A DNA stretch of 64,000 nt from Torpedo marmorata (lineage: Eukaryota), in assembly GCA_977017645.1 (NCBI GenBank), contig OZ360232.1, positions 26,288,001 through 26,352,000 on the forward strand, in the 5' to 3' direction. Position 1 is the first letter of the stretch. Each line of letters opens with the position of its first letter. This document shows, in pieces, positions 46,701-59,476 of the stretch. The notes under the pieces were generated by a model. That model was given only the letters and a program-made list of their open reading frames with translations. It did not search any database and had not been told where the DNA came from. The translations under genes and the position numbers were made by a program.

Positions 46701-49560
46701 CCTCCATCACGCTGGATCAAGGGATCCCCCATCAACTGGCCAGATCGATGATGGACATTGAGATGGCGGCCACAAGAAGAGCTGCCTGTTCGATAGTGGG
46801 AGCACGGAGAGCTTTATACACCCCGACACGGTACAGCATTACCGCCTCACGGTAATGCCGGTAAGCCACAAAGTCTCCATGGCTTCCAAGTCCCACACGG
46901 CAGAGATTTGCGGTTACTGCGTAGTGACCCTGACTGTGCTGGGCACAGAGTACAAACATTTTAAACTACTTGTTATGTCACAGCTCTGCGCTGACGTGCT
47001 ACTGGGGCTAGACTTTCAATGTCACCTTAAAAGCGTTGGAGCACGATGGGCCCCATCCCACCCTCACCATCTGTAATCCGCAGTTTGTAAACAACCCACC
47101 GCAATTCACCCACAGAAACTCCCCGGCCTCCCCTCCCACCGCATCCAGCCAGCAACCCACAGATCACCCACCACGCGCGACCTGTGGCCTTTCTACCCTC
47201 CGGATCGGATCACCTCACCCTCACCCCCCCCCCCCCCTCACCGCTGTTCGCTAAACCCGTTGCCACCAAAAGTAGGCAATACAGTGCCGGGGACAGTGCC
47301 TTTATCAAGTTGGAGGTGCAGCAGCTATTGAAGGAGGGGATCATTGAAGCCAGCACCAGCTTTTGGAGAGCCCAAAAAAGAATGGGGAGAAAAACAGAAT
47401 GGTCATTGATTATACTCAGACCATCAACCGATATAAGCAGCTGGACGCATACCCTCTCCCCGGCATAGCCGACATAACCAAATCGCCCAATACCGGGTAT
47501 TCTCTACCATCGATTTAAAGTCAGCATACCACCAACTCCCCATCCGCCCGGAGGACCGCCAATACACTGCCTTCGAGGCAGATGGCCGCCTCTATCATTT
47601 TCTGAGGGTTCCCTTTGGCGTCACCAACGGGGTCTCGGTCTTCCAGCGGGAGATGGACCGAATGGTTGACCAGCCCGGGCTGCAAGCCAGATTCCCGTAC
47701 CTGGACAACATCACCATTTGTGGCCATGACCAACAGGATCATGAAGCCAACCTTCAAAAATTCCTCCAGACCGCCAAGCTCCTCAACCTTACTTATAAGG
47801 ATAAATGAGTTTTTGGCACAACCCGCCTTGCTATCCTTGGCTGCGTTGTACAGGTCGGAGTCATTGGCCCCGATCCAGTCCGCATGCGCCCCCTGTTGGA
47901 ACTCCCCCTGCCCCACAGCCTCAAAGCCCTGAAAAGGTGCCTGGGCTTTTTCTCCTATTATGCCCAGTGGCTCCCCAATTATGCGGACAAGGCCCGCCCC
48001 CTCATCAAATCCACCTCTTTTCCCCTGATGCCAGAGGCCCGGGCGGCCTCTAGCCGCATCAAGGCGGACATCGCCAAAGCCGCGATGCACACTGTGAATG
48101 AATCCACCCCATTCCAGGTGGAGAGTAATGCGTCCGACTTAGCCCTGGCCGCCACCCTCAACCAAGCGGGCAGACCCATAGCTTTCTTTTCCCGCACCCT
48201 CCAGGGCCCAGAAATCTGACACTCCTCTGTCGAGAAGGAGGCCCAAGCCATTGTCGAGGCGGTGCGGCACTGGAGGCACTACCTCGCCGGAAAACGATTC
48301 ACCTTGCTGACTGACCAATGTTCAGTTGCTTTTATGTTTGAAGGAGGGGATGGATCATTGAAGCCAGCAACAGCGAGGCAAAATCAAAAATGACAAGATA
48401 CTGAGGTGGAGAATCGAAATTTCCACCTCCAATTACAATATCTTGTACCAGCCCGGAAAATTCAATGAGCCCTCAGATGCCCTATCCCGCGGAACATGTG
48501 CCAGCGCATAAAAGCCTGCAACCACCTTACTCCATCAAGGAGGTCAGGACCATGACCAGGAACTGCCAGATATGTGCGGAGTGCAAACTGCACTTCTACT
48601 AACCAGACAGAGCGCACCTGATAAAAGCCACCCGTCCCTTTGAACACCTGAGCATCGATTTCAAGGGACCCCTCCCCTCCTCTGACCGCAACTTGTACTT
48701 CCTCAACATTATTGACGAGTACTCACGTTTCCCCTTCGCCATCCCCTGCCCGGACATGACCACGGCCACAGTCATCAAGGTTCTGCGCAACCTCTTCACC
48801 CTGTTCGGGAACACCTGCTATATTCATAGCGACCGGGGGTCCTCTTTTATTTGTGACGAGCTGTGTCAGTACCTGCTGGCCAGAGGCATCGCCACAAGCA
48901 GGACCACCAGTTACAACCCCCGAGGGAACGGGCAGGTGGAGAGGGAGAATGCTACCATCTGGAAGGCCACCCTCCTAGCCCTAAGGTCAAGAGGTCTTCC
49001 AGTCTCCAGCTGGCAAGAGGTCCTCCCCGATGCACTTCACTCAATCAGATTGCTCTTATGTACCGCCACTCCACATGAGAGAATGTTTTCCTTTCCTAGG
49101 AAGTCCGCTTCAGGGACCACGCTGCCGTCCTGACTGACGTCCCCAGAGCCGGTCCTACTCCGGAGGCATGCGAGGAGCCATAAGCATGACCCACTGGTCG
49201 AAAGGGTCCATCTCCTCCACGCCAACCCCCAATACGCCTATGTGACGTACCCGGATGGGCGGGAGGACACTGTCTCCATTCGGGACCTGGTGCCCTCAGG
49301 AGTCCCTGACACCATTGCCGACCGCCCTGCCCCCCCCCCCCCCCCCCACACCTACCGCCACCTACGATGCACCGTTGCCATGGCAAGTGACCCCAGCTCC
49401 TGGGGATGGCATGCCAGATTCGCCGCCACACATCCACCAAGCCAGAGCCGACAACAACACACAGGTGGTCCAATCAGGACTGGATGCAACAGCTGCACCG
49501 CAGCCGGTACTACGACGATCGCAGCGGCAGACCAGACCACCCGAAGGACTCAATCTGTGA
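46700..49560 (+). pseudogene. pol: Gypsy pol (protease, RT, RNase H, integrase; many stops and frameshifts)
   Basis: PR CLFDSGSTES; RT RMVIDY, LDAYPLP, YTAFEA, PFGVTNG, FPYLDNITICG; RH ESNASD, IAFFSRTL, EKEAQAI, LTDQ; IN SIDFKGP, IHSDRG, GNGQVER. The IN zinc finger appears partly deleted. Confidence 0.92.
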
Positions 49561-49597
49561 GAACTTTAATTCACTTAACCCCGCAGGACTCTTTTTT

Positions 49598-49611
49598 AAA
49601 AAAGGGGTGAA
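49598..49611 (+). other. Polypurine tract
   Basis: aaaaaaggggtgaa immediately before the 3' LTR. Confidence 0.8.
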
Positions 49612-49845
49612 TGTGGTAAACCTCTGTATATAACTGTATATATGTTTGTAGTCGTCTAGACACGCCCCTTACTGACTGTACCTGTGGCTCCTCCCACAGA
49701 CCCCTGAATAAAGGCCATTGTACCACAGCTCCCTCCCCAGTCCAGGACAGACGACCACCAGGAATGTGCATCCATTCCGATGTAAATAAAAGCCTATCAG
49801 TTCCTACATAACTTCTAGTCTTTCGGAGTTATTGATGGTGCATCA
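49612..49845 (+). repeat. 3' LTR (234 bp)
   Basis: Direct repeat of 45540-45772. Confidence 0.95.
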
Positions 49846-52242
49846 CCCACCACTCCCTGTGTAACAAATGTTTCTCTGACATCTCCCCTTAAACTTTCCA
49901 CCACTCATTTAAATGGACATCCTCTGGTACTGGTCATTGTCACCCGGGGAAAAAGATGCTGGCTCATAATCTTATACACCTCTATTAAGTTGCCTCTCAT
50001 CCTCTGTCATTCCAAAGAGAAAATTCTGAGCTTGCTAGACCATCTTCTCATGAGACATATTCCCCAATCCAGGCAGAATTATGGTAAATCTCCCCTGCAC
50101 CCTCTCAAAAGCTTTGTCATACTTCTTATAATGAGGTGACCAGAACTGAACCCAATACTCAATGTGTGGTTTAACACAAGTTAAATAGAGCTGCAACATT
50201 ATCTCGTGGCCCTTGAACTTAATCCACCAAATAGTGAAGTCCAGCACACCATATGCTTTCTTGACCACCCTATCAACTTGAACAGCAGCCTTGAAGGATC
50301 TATGAATTTAGATCCCTTTGTTCCTCCACAGTGCTCAGAATCCTGCCATTCATCATGTTGGAACATCAAGTTCGAACTTCCAAAGTGTATCACTGCACAC
50401 TTCTCTGGATTGAACTCCATCTGCCATTTTTCTGCCCAAATCTGCATCCTGTCTATATCCTACAACAACCCTCTGCACTATTCACAACACCTTAATTCTT
50501 TGTGTCAAACCTTTGAGGTTCTACTTTTTAATTTCAATCCTAATTCTTTAAAATCTGCTTTCATGAGCACATCCTTTCCACAACCAATGTAATTGGTATT
50601 CATGTCATCTTTGACCTAAGGCTGTTCACCCTGAACTCCAGAATGTTCAACAGCCACTCAGTGATATCCTTAATCCATGTGTTTAGGGCTTAACACATCA
50701 TCCTGGAATCACATCTTCAAATGTCTCTTCCGCTAACTGTAATCACTGTTAACTATTGCTCTCTTGACTTTTCTCCCTGTATATTTTAGACGCCAATGGG
50801 CTTGTGGCATTGGCTCTGATAGCAGTCTCCAAGGGAATCTCCTCTCTCAATCCTCGGAACTGAACACTGCTTTGACTGCAAGATGTTCTCAGTGGTCTCA
50901 CAAGTTACTTCTCTGCTCTTTATTTGTCCATCTGCCAGTCTCTTTCCTTCTTTCATAACACCACACCACTCCATAATCCTTTGCTCTCCAGCAATGCTTC
51001 ACTTCCACTGCTGCCCTCACTATTACTTCCCTCATTTCCTCACATTGTTCATATGCCTGTGGTAGGCAAAGAAAGAAGCAACTCTTCAGAAGATGAAGCA
51101 TTGTTCTGTGCAGACTGGAGGACCGCATGAGGAAATCCACTTGGCACCAACGTAGAGGAAGAAGGGACATTGAACACATCACTCAGAAGTAGTTCATGGG
51201 CAGTGTGAGTTTGGAAAGTGGAGTGAAATTCTCCTTTTGAGTAGACAGAAGAGGACACTGAAACCCATCCTGGAAAATGTCAATCCCTTTCTGACAATTT
51301 GTCTTGCTCGATATGTCAAAATCAAGCAATATCCAAAACAGCAATAAAAAAATTGTAAAGTTGCAAAAAGAACCAACTTAGAAATTTACCCAAGTAAACG
51401 TATTGATTCCAATTATTACTCGTCCCTTGCCCTTCTTTCCCTGATTTGTAGATTAGGTAGAAAAGCGTGTGCGTCTCCCCATAAAATGGCCTTGATTCAA
51501 GCTCTAAACCATTCTTCACACATTTTAATGATATCTGGCAGCCACTAGGAAGGCTGATAGTGCTCCAGTGAAAACGTGCACCTATCCACTCAAATTCGGA
51601 ATCGGTCCTGCAAGTGGTGTCATGCAACGATGCTTAATTGTAGGTCTTCTATGACAGGTTTGTCACTGCAGGAAGTCAGAGAGACTCGATAAAAAAGGCA
51701 CTTGTGTCTCATTAGCAGAGGGACTGTGCAGTGTGCTTAACATCCTTCTTGTATGGTTCACTGAAACCATGACTGGGGAGCTACAAACAAAATTATGATT
51801 GCACCTTGTATTTGATCACATCAACTCCTGATCAGATTCCAGTCCTGCACAGACCCACAGGTTCTCACTTTGAAAAACGATGTGTGCTTGTTAAATTTAT
51901 TGCTGGCTCACAACCACTTTGTCACCGATGCAACAAGAACACAAGACGAAGTGGTGTTCATTGATGGGTTGCTCATGAACTGCCTAAAAATGGAAATTTT
52001 GTCTTTGTTCATCATGGAACATTGGAAACATTAGGCTGCACATTTCAACAATTAAATGACATCAGAATCTGGTCAATACTTCCAGTTTCCACTTTTACTG
52101 ATAGGTGTTTTCATCTGATCAAGAAAACATCCTCTTCCAGCATCACATTTGAGAAATTAAACAAGATGTCAGTATTACCTATCTACTTACTGCGACAGCT
52201 CACCACAAGACACCACAACATCTCTGCTGTATTTCAATTATT

Positions 52243-54492
52243 TATTTAAATATTTTATTTAAAATTTTTAAATCACAAAATACATAAAATAAAATATAAA
52301 ATTATGAAATTATTTGTGATACATTTTCACCCCCCCTCCCTCCCCTCCCAACCCCACTAATCTAATAAAAAATATAAAATAAAAATAGAAAAAGAAGAAA
52401 AAAAAAGAAAAAGATAGAGTAAGGGGAATGCCAATCTATAAACTAATTCTATTATGGAGGTCAAGTATGCCAGTAGATCCGATACCCAGAGATCTTCAAA
52501 TTCTTAAGCCAACAACTCTCATATATGGGCTCCAAATTTTTAAGAAAAAATGATATTTGTTACGTAAATTATAAGTAATTTTTTCAAGTGGTATACACGA
52601 ACGAAGTTCTGCATGCCATCTTTCTAATCCTAAATCTAAATCAGGTTTCCAAGTAATAGCAATACATTTCTTTGAAACAGCTAAAGCAATTCGCAAAAAT
52701 TTTATTTGATACGTTTAATTTCATCTTAATACTAAATTTTCTAATATCTCCGAACAAAAATATCATAGGATCCATTGGAAATGTAATCTTAAATACTTTA
52801 TCTAAAAATTTTTTAACTTTCAACCAAAAATCATAAACTTTTGGACAAAACCATGTAGAATGTACAAAAGAACCTTCCTCTTTATTACATCTAAAACATA
52901 AACCTGATAATGTCGGATTAAATTTCTTTAGTTTTTTAGGTGTTAAATATAATTGATGAAAAAAATTGTATTGTACTAATCTATATCTAACATTAATAAT
53001 CTTCATCATACTTAATTTACATAATTCTTTCCAATGATTTTCATCTATTATTACATTCAAATCTAATTCCCATTTTAATCTTGATTTATGAATTCCTATT
53101 TTAGGAATTTTCCTCTGAAACAATTTATACATTTGAGAAATAAATTTATTGACATCTCCTTTAGTAACTAATAATTCTAATTCATTCTGTCTTGGTAAAA
53201 TCAAAGCATAACCTAATTTCTCAATCAGAAAAGCTCTAATTTGATAATAAGCAAAAAGTGTATTATCTAATATATTAAAGTTATCTTTCATTCTTTGAAA
53301 AGTAATAAATTTCCCAGCTTCAAGACAATCATTAATCTTCTTAATTCCTTTTTGAAACCAAATTTTAAATAATTGATTATTAATAGTAAATGGAATAAGT
53401 CCATTTTGATATAAAGGCATCCTTGAAGAAATCAATCCTTTTTCTCCTATTTCCTTATCCGTCATTCCATATTTCTAACAAATGTTTAAAAATAGGCGAA
53501 TATTTCTTTCTTGTTGATATTAATTTAGAATCCCATTTATAAATAATTTCTTCTTTGGAATCTTCTCCTATATTATTTAATTCTATTTTAATTCAAGCAG
53601 AAGATTTAGTTGAATCAAAAAATTCATTAACAAATTTTAGTTGAGCTGCTTTATAATAATTTTGGAAATTAGGAAGTTGTAAACCACCCATTTCATAATT
53701 CCAAGTTAATTTTTCCATACCTACTCTCGCTAACTTTCCTTTCCATAAAAATTTTCTAATAATTGAATTTAAATCTTTAAAATTTTTTTGAGGAATTCCA
53801 TAAGGGATTGATTGAAAAAGATATTGAATTCTTGGAAAAACATTCATTTTAATACAGTTTACTCTTCCCATTAAAGTTATAGGTAAATCTTTCCAATTTT
53901 CTAAATATTTCTTTATTTTTAGAAATAATGGTAGATAATTTAATTTGTATAAATTAGTCAATTTTGTATCAACCCTTATTCCCAAATATTTAATTCCTTC
54001 CTTTGCCCATTTAAATTGTGTGATTTCTTTACATCTACTATAATCCCCTTGTGATAATGCCATAATTTCACTTTTATCAGAATTAATTTTATATCCAGAT
54101 ATTTCCCCATATTCTCTCAATAACACAGACAATTGTACTAAGGATGTAATAAATTTTGTCATATATATTAATACATCATCTGCAAACAAACTAATTTTAT
54201 GTTCTTCCATTCCAACTTTAATACCAACTATTTTAGGATCTTTTCTAACTACCGGTAATTCTGCCAAGGGTTCTATCGCCAAAATAAATAATGCTGGTGA
54301 CAAAGGACATCCTTGTCTAGTAGATCGAGTCAAAGGAAATTTTGAAGAAATTTGTCCATTTGTAACTACTTTAGCTGATGGTTCTTTATATATAGTTTTA
54401 ATCCAATTAATAAATGTATTTCCAAAACCAAATTTCTCCAATACCTTAAATAAAAAATTCCACTCTAATCTATCAAAAGCCTTTTCAGCGTT
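52243..54492 (-). mobile_element. L1-clade LINE, 5'-truncated, very AT-rich
   Basis: 15-bp TSD tgtatttcaattatt (52228-52242 and 54493-54507); starts at AEKAFDRLEW; G-rich 3'UTR and A-rich end. Confidence 0.93.
52496..54489 (-). pseudogene. L1 ORF2 3' half (RT + CCHC), broken into three frames
   Basis: RSTRQGCPLSPALF, SLFADDVL, SGYKINSDKSE, KYLGI, GGLQLPNF, CFRCNKEEGSFVHSTWFC (ORFs 53593-54441, 52641-53465, 52496-52696). Confidence 0.92.
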
Positions 54493-54988
54493 TGTATTTC
54501 AATTATTGATGGTTCCATTTCATTAAAAAAATACATAAATCGTCCTACTTTGAACAGCACCATAATGTTTGAAATATATTTTTAATGTAAAATTTAAAAA
54601 AACAATCATTTCGTTTCAGGTGGAGATGGCGAGATTGAGCAAATGGAGAAGATGAACTGTTTGTGGGGTTGCTAGCGTTTATTCAGTTTGTTGTTAATTG
54701 GCTTTGAAACATTCACTCATTCTCCATTAAGAGAAAAACATTGGGTTGAACTGAGCTGGATTTTGCCAACCACCCACTTACCTCACTGGAAGAGCTGATC
54801 TGGGAGGCATTCAGTGGACCATAGCAATGACCAGATCTCAGGCATCACCCAGCTGAGTGTCTGACCTCAGAACACCCATACAGCCTCTGACAGGAGGTAA
54901 AGCTGGGAACTTGCTTTGACTCCTGCAGAAGTTGGTAATTTTCCTTGAGAAACAGTGCTGATATTCAGACATTTAAAAACTATTGAGA

Positions 54989-55012
54989 TTTTTTTTTTTT
55001 TTTTTTTTTTTT
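54989..55012. repeat. Poly(T) run, 24 nt
   Basis: Directly visible. Confidence 0.9.
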
Positions 55013-55135
55013 AAAGCATTAAAACATTAAAAAAGAAAAACATTTTTAAGTAATAATATAATTAAATGCATATTAAAAAATAAGAAATGTTAAAAAAATT
55101 AAAATAGTGAAATGCACACAAAAAAGTACCATATA

Positions 55136-55811
55136 CTGTATGACGGCATATAAGATGACTGGTGTATCAGACGACCCCCCAGAATTTCCACTTAAAATGT
55201 AGGTTTTTACTCGCTCAAAAAGCTACCGTAAGTCTGGCACTTACTGTTGAGAGCTTACTGCCCCAATAGTCCTTTACCAACCATCCCACTGACCAGTGGA
55301 GTGATGCAGTCACAATATTTTAAAAGCAAATTACCCAGTAAAGGTTAAAATTTTATAAGCATATTTTAAAATAAACCACCGTCGGCTCCTTTAACAGGCC
55401 GTTTAAAGGCTGTTCAGAGCCAACGGCAGTCGGACTGGGCGGATGGACCCTGCAGGGGAGCTCTGAGACTTCGCTGTTCGTCAGCAAATGGCGACTGGTG
55501 AATGCTGTCAGCTTCCTTTGCTGTACTGTTATTTTAAGGTGTGTTAGTCAGGTTTATAATACATTTTTATTGTTTTAATATAACATTACTATTAATCCAG
55601 CTTCCCAAACGTAAGTTTCAGTTGGAAAAATATTTAGTGGTAGGACTGTAGGAGTTATGCAAGTGTTTTATTCTGTTCTCCATCGCCATGGGAGACACTC
55701 TAAACCACAGGATATTAAGGTTCGGATTTTATACTTGCCGTATAAGTCGACCCCTGGTTTTGAGGTGACATTTTTAAGGTTCAAATTCCATCTTATACAC
55801 CGACTATACAG
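55136..55811. mobile_element. Non-autonomous Tc1/mariner (Tc2-like) element
   Basis: TA-CTGTATGACGGCATATAAGATG ... CATCTTATACACCGACTATACAG-TA imperfect TIRs; internal repeats of a gtataag(a/t)cgaccc motif. Confidence 0.72.
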
Positions 55812-56499
55812 TAACTGAAATTATCTTTCTTACCTTTTCCCAGAATTGAAAATTCCATTTTATAAGTTGAGATCAGAAAAGAAGTGGGACAATAGAATCT
55901 TTCTATTGGAATGCCTGGACTCATAGTGAGTTCATGTCAGTCAGAGACATCCTTAACCAGGAGCGACTGAGCACCAGTGGGTTTTCTTTGCACCAGCAGC
56001 CATAAGCAGATTGATGTAACTCAAAATCTACCGATCACTCCTGGTCCCTTTCCTGTTCTAAATTAGCAGAGGAAGCCGTGAGAAAATACTGCTCATAGGC
56101 CTTTTACTGAATGTCAGCCTCTTGCAGGAAAGACACTGTGCCATCTCATTATAAGATCAAGCATTGCATGTCAACTGTGTTGCCAAGGTAGAGGACAACC
56201 AGATTGCAGTCTTGTGAGAAACATGACTCAGAAAGAATACACAGAATATGACAAGGAGTACTTTATTTGAAGGAAGTATTGCTGTAGCAGATAGCATAAT
56301 TCCTCATTCCCGACCTCCCCTCACAGCAAATGATGGCAAGCCATGTTCATATTGTGTTGCTGCCAGGATAGCATTAATGACAAGCCTCTCAATCTCTGGT
56401 TTGAGTGGTAAACATCTTTCTCTCCCAATAATAACCCAAACAGCAACTCTTTAAGGATTCCCTCAAGTTTGATATTTCTGTAAAATATACAGGTATAAT

Positions 56500-58136
56500 T
56501 TTTGAGGCTTGTCTGTCCCCTCAGCTTTCTTCATCTGTCGTGTAGTTTATTTTATGTACCCCGACTATGCGAAACAGATTTTGGCTCTTTATCCTATGTA
56601 TGCCTCTCAGAATTATATAAATCTCTAACATGTCACATCTCAGGCTCATTTGCTCCAGGAAAAACAGATCTCGCCTGTCCTTTAGTTTCTTATAACTCAA
56701 GCCCCTTAATCCTGGCAACATCCTTGTGAATCTTTTCTGCATTCTTTCCATCTTAATCACATCTTTCCTGGAGTGTAGCAACCAGAACTGCACACAATAC
56801 ATCACGTGCAGTCGATCCGTTTTTGTACAACTGTAATATGATGTTTCACTTTTGTACAATGCCTCAGCTGATGAAGACAAGCATTCCAAGCATCTTCATC
56901 ACCACCTTGTTACCTGTACATATACTATGAACTATATATAAAGTATGTACATACACCCTGAGTTCCTTCTGTTCAGCAACACTCCCCAAAGCACCGCCAT
57001 TCACTGTGTATGTCCTGCCCTGGTTTACCTTCCCAAAATGCATCACCTTGCACTTGTCCGAGTAAATTTCATCTGCCATTCCTTGGCCCAATTTCCCTGT
57101 TGATCAATATCCTGTTGTAACCTTAGAGAACCTTCCTCAATGTCATTATACCACCAATATTGTTGACATTTGAACATTCACTAGTTATGCCATCGACATT
57201 TTATTCCAGATGTGTAATATATATGAAAGAAAAACAAAAGAGGGCAGCACCAATCCCTGCAGCACCCCACTGGTCACAGGCCTCCAATCTGACAAACATC
57301 CCTCCACTACAACCCTCTGCCTTCCACCACCATGCTAATTTTGTATACAGTTAGTTGGCTCACACAGGATTCCATGTGCTCTAACCTTCTGGACCAGCCT
57401 AACATGGAGGTCCTTGCCAGAGGCCTTGCTAAAATCCATGTGGACAACATTGGTCACCCTGTCTTCTCCAATACTCTTGATCACCTCTTCAAAAGACTCA
57501 ATCAAATATGTAAGCCGTTATTTCCCATGCACAAGGTCATGCTGACTGTCCCTCCTCCCCCTCTTTGCTGCTGTCCCCTCCCTCCTTTCTCCACCTATCA
57601 TCTCTTGCCTTTGCCACCCCCCCCCCTTCCCCCCTCACTCTTTTGTTCAGATGCCTGCCGGCATTTTCTCATACTTTGATGAAGGGCTCAAGCCCGAAAC
57701 GTCGATTATGTATTTCTACCTTTGCTACATAAAAGACACTGTTTGACCTGCTGAGTTTCTCCAGCATTTGTGTTTTTTACTTCAACCACGGTGTCTACAG
57801 ATTTTCGTGTTTTACTTCTGACTGTCCTGAATCAGTCTCTGACTTTCCAAATGCAAATAAATCTTGCCCCTCAGTATTCCTTCCAATAACTTCCCACACT
57901 CACTGTCCTGTCATTTGCTGGCCTGTCCTTGCTGCCCTTCTTAAAGAAAGGCACAGCATGAGCTACCTTTCAGTCTTCTGGTACATGGCTGACGAAGTTA
58001 CAAAACATTTTGCCAGCAATCTCCTCCTTTGTTTTCCAAAACAACCTAGGAATCGCAGGCCCAGAGATTTATCCAGTTTTATGCATTTCAAGATCTCCAG
58101 CACTTCCTTCTTCACAATGATCAAATGCTCCAGAAT
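56500..58136 (-). mobile_element. CR1 LINE fragment (RT region), interrupted by a Penelope end
   Basis: YCVQFW, ERMQKRFTRMLPGL, DKCKVMHFG, KKEVLEILKCIKLDKSLG. Confidence 0.85.
57552..57817 (+). mobile_element. Penelope-like end insertion with hammerhead-like motif
   Basis: 10-bp TSD ctgactgtcc (57542-57551 and 57818-57827); pyrimidine-rich 5' part; TTGATGA-A-GGGC-TCAA-GCCC-GAAA-CGTC at 57676-57703. Confidence 0.82.
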
Positions 58137-58137
58137 A

Positions 58138-58481
58138 TCAAGTTTATGTTCAAGTTTCATTATTGTCCGATTGCACAACTACAACCTGACAAAACAGTAT
58201 TCTCCGGTCCTCGGTGCAAAAACGTGCAGGCACACAACCAGACACAACACACATACAGATAAACAATACATACGCAGGACAAATATGCATATATATAAAA
58301 AACATAAATAAATAAATATTGTTTAGTAAATCTTAGAGTCTCGGATGGTTAGTGTGAGCAGTTCCTATAGTCGTTCAGCATTCTCACTGCCCGAGGGAAG
58401 AAGCTGTTTCTCAGCCTGGTGGTGCTGGCTCTGATACTCCTGTATCTCTTTCCCAACGGGAGCAGCTGAAAGATGCTGTGC
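58138..58481 (-). mobile_element. Rex1/Babar LINE 3' fragment
   Basis: HSIFQLLPLGKRYRSIRASTTRLRNSFFPRAVRMLN; (aacttg)-type tail as in 680-2300. Confidence 0.88.
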
Positions 58482-59116
58482 ACTAGATGAGATGTAAGGC
58501 TGGAGTGCAATTTACCTTGAGGCTGTCCCCACTTTATCATCTCCCCTTCATCCGAAAACAGCACCTAACGCCCTCCATTCCTCCAACCAACTACCACTGC
58601 AGCTTCACAGAAAGTTGAACCATTAAACACACTTACAAAATCAAACAGCAAAGGACTTACAAATTATTGTAATGTAAAGACACAAGTGTACACTGCTTTA
58701 GTTGTCATAGTTACTCCATGTGATAATACATCAGACAATATTAATTCTGTAATAAGATTATCACGCTCTTTGCACTGTCCAAAGTGTGTCAGCTAATTGA
58801 ATCAAGTTAAAGTGGATCCAGAGATGGATTCAGCACCTGAGCAGACAAAAATAATATGTGTGCTGTTTCACAAAATAAAGATGCTGAATGGGACGTGTGG
58901 GTTAAATGTGTCAAATATCTATATTTGCAAGAACTTCTGAGCTGTTTTAGACAAAACTGGATGATATGGAGCTGGATCTGCTGTAATTCCCCGTGTGCTA
59001 GTTGGTGAATATATTCTGAAATATGCTCAAGAACTCAAATGCTTCACAGATGATCCTTTGAGAATTTCAGCAGCACTTCACAGTTCTAGCCCCAATTAAA
59101 AACAAAACACGGTCTT

Positions 59117-59358
59117 GGGCGGCACGGTTAGCGCAACGCTGTTACGGCGCCAGCAACAGGGGTTCGAATCCGGCGCTGTCTGTAAGGAGTTTGTACGTTC
59201 TCCCTGTGTCTGCATGGGTTTCCTCTGGGGACTCCGGTTTCCTCTCACCGTTCATAACGTACCCAGGGTGTAGGTCAATTGGCTGTTAATTGGGCGGCAT
59301 GGGCTCGTGGGCCTGCTACCATGATGTATGTCTAAATTTAAATTTAAAAATTAAATTA
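59117..59358 (+). mobile_element. tRNA-derived V-SINE (HE1-like), near full length
   Basis: gggcggcacggttagcgc head, B box ggttcgaatcc (59161-59171), V-domain, (taaatt)n tail. Confidence 0.88.
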
Positions 59359-59476
59359 AGATGTTTTTTTGTTATTGTCTGACTGCTTTATCTCAATGAT
59401 TTTTTTTTATTTTGTGCATTTGACCAACTCTGTTTTCAAGCATCCATTGTTAGAAATAAATAAATGAAAGTACCTA

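Larger units (their letters stand above)
45540..49845 (+). mobile_element. Ty3/Gypsy LTR retrotransposon (Mag-like), full length, degenerate
   Basis: Paired TG..CA LTRs, 5-bp TSD CCCAC (45535-45539 and 49846-49850), PPT, gag-PR-RT-RH-IN order, tandem CCHC knuckles. Confidence 0.96.
45325..50480 (-). mobile_element. CR1 LINE 3' fragment (45325-45539 plus 49846-50480) split by the Gypsy provirus
   Basis: gaacatagaa tail and 3'UTR left of the LTR; WQMEFNPEKC, KKAYG, EYWVQFWSPHY and ERVQGRFT to the right; ggcacccac|cactc reads through. Confidence 0.85.

Noticed and set aside
47521-48090. 189-aa antisense ORF in the Gypsy pol region
   Set aside because: Shadow of a GC-rich sense coding sequence; no domain features.
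50930-51390. Possible ancient LINE 3' remnant
   Set aside because: Too decayed to assign a family by eye.
54606-54680. Possible plus-strand splice acceptor tttcgtttcag followed by GDGEIEQMEKM
   Set aside because: Hits a stop with no convincing donor and no recognisable protein.
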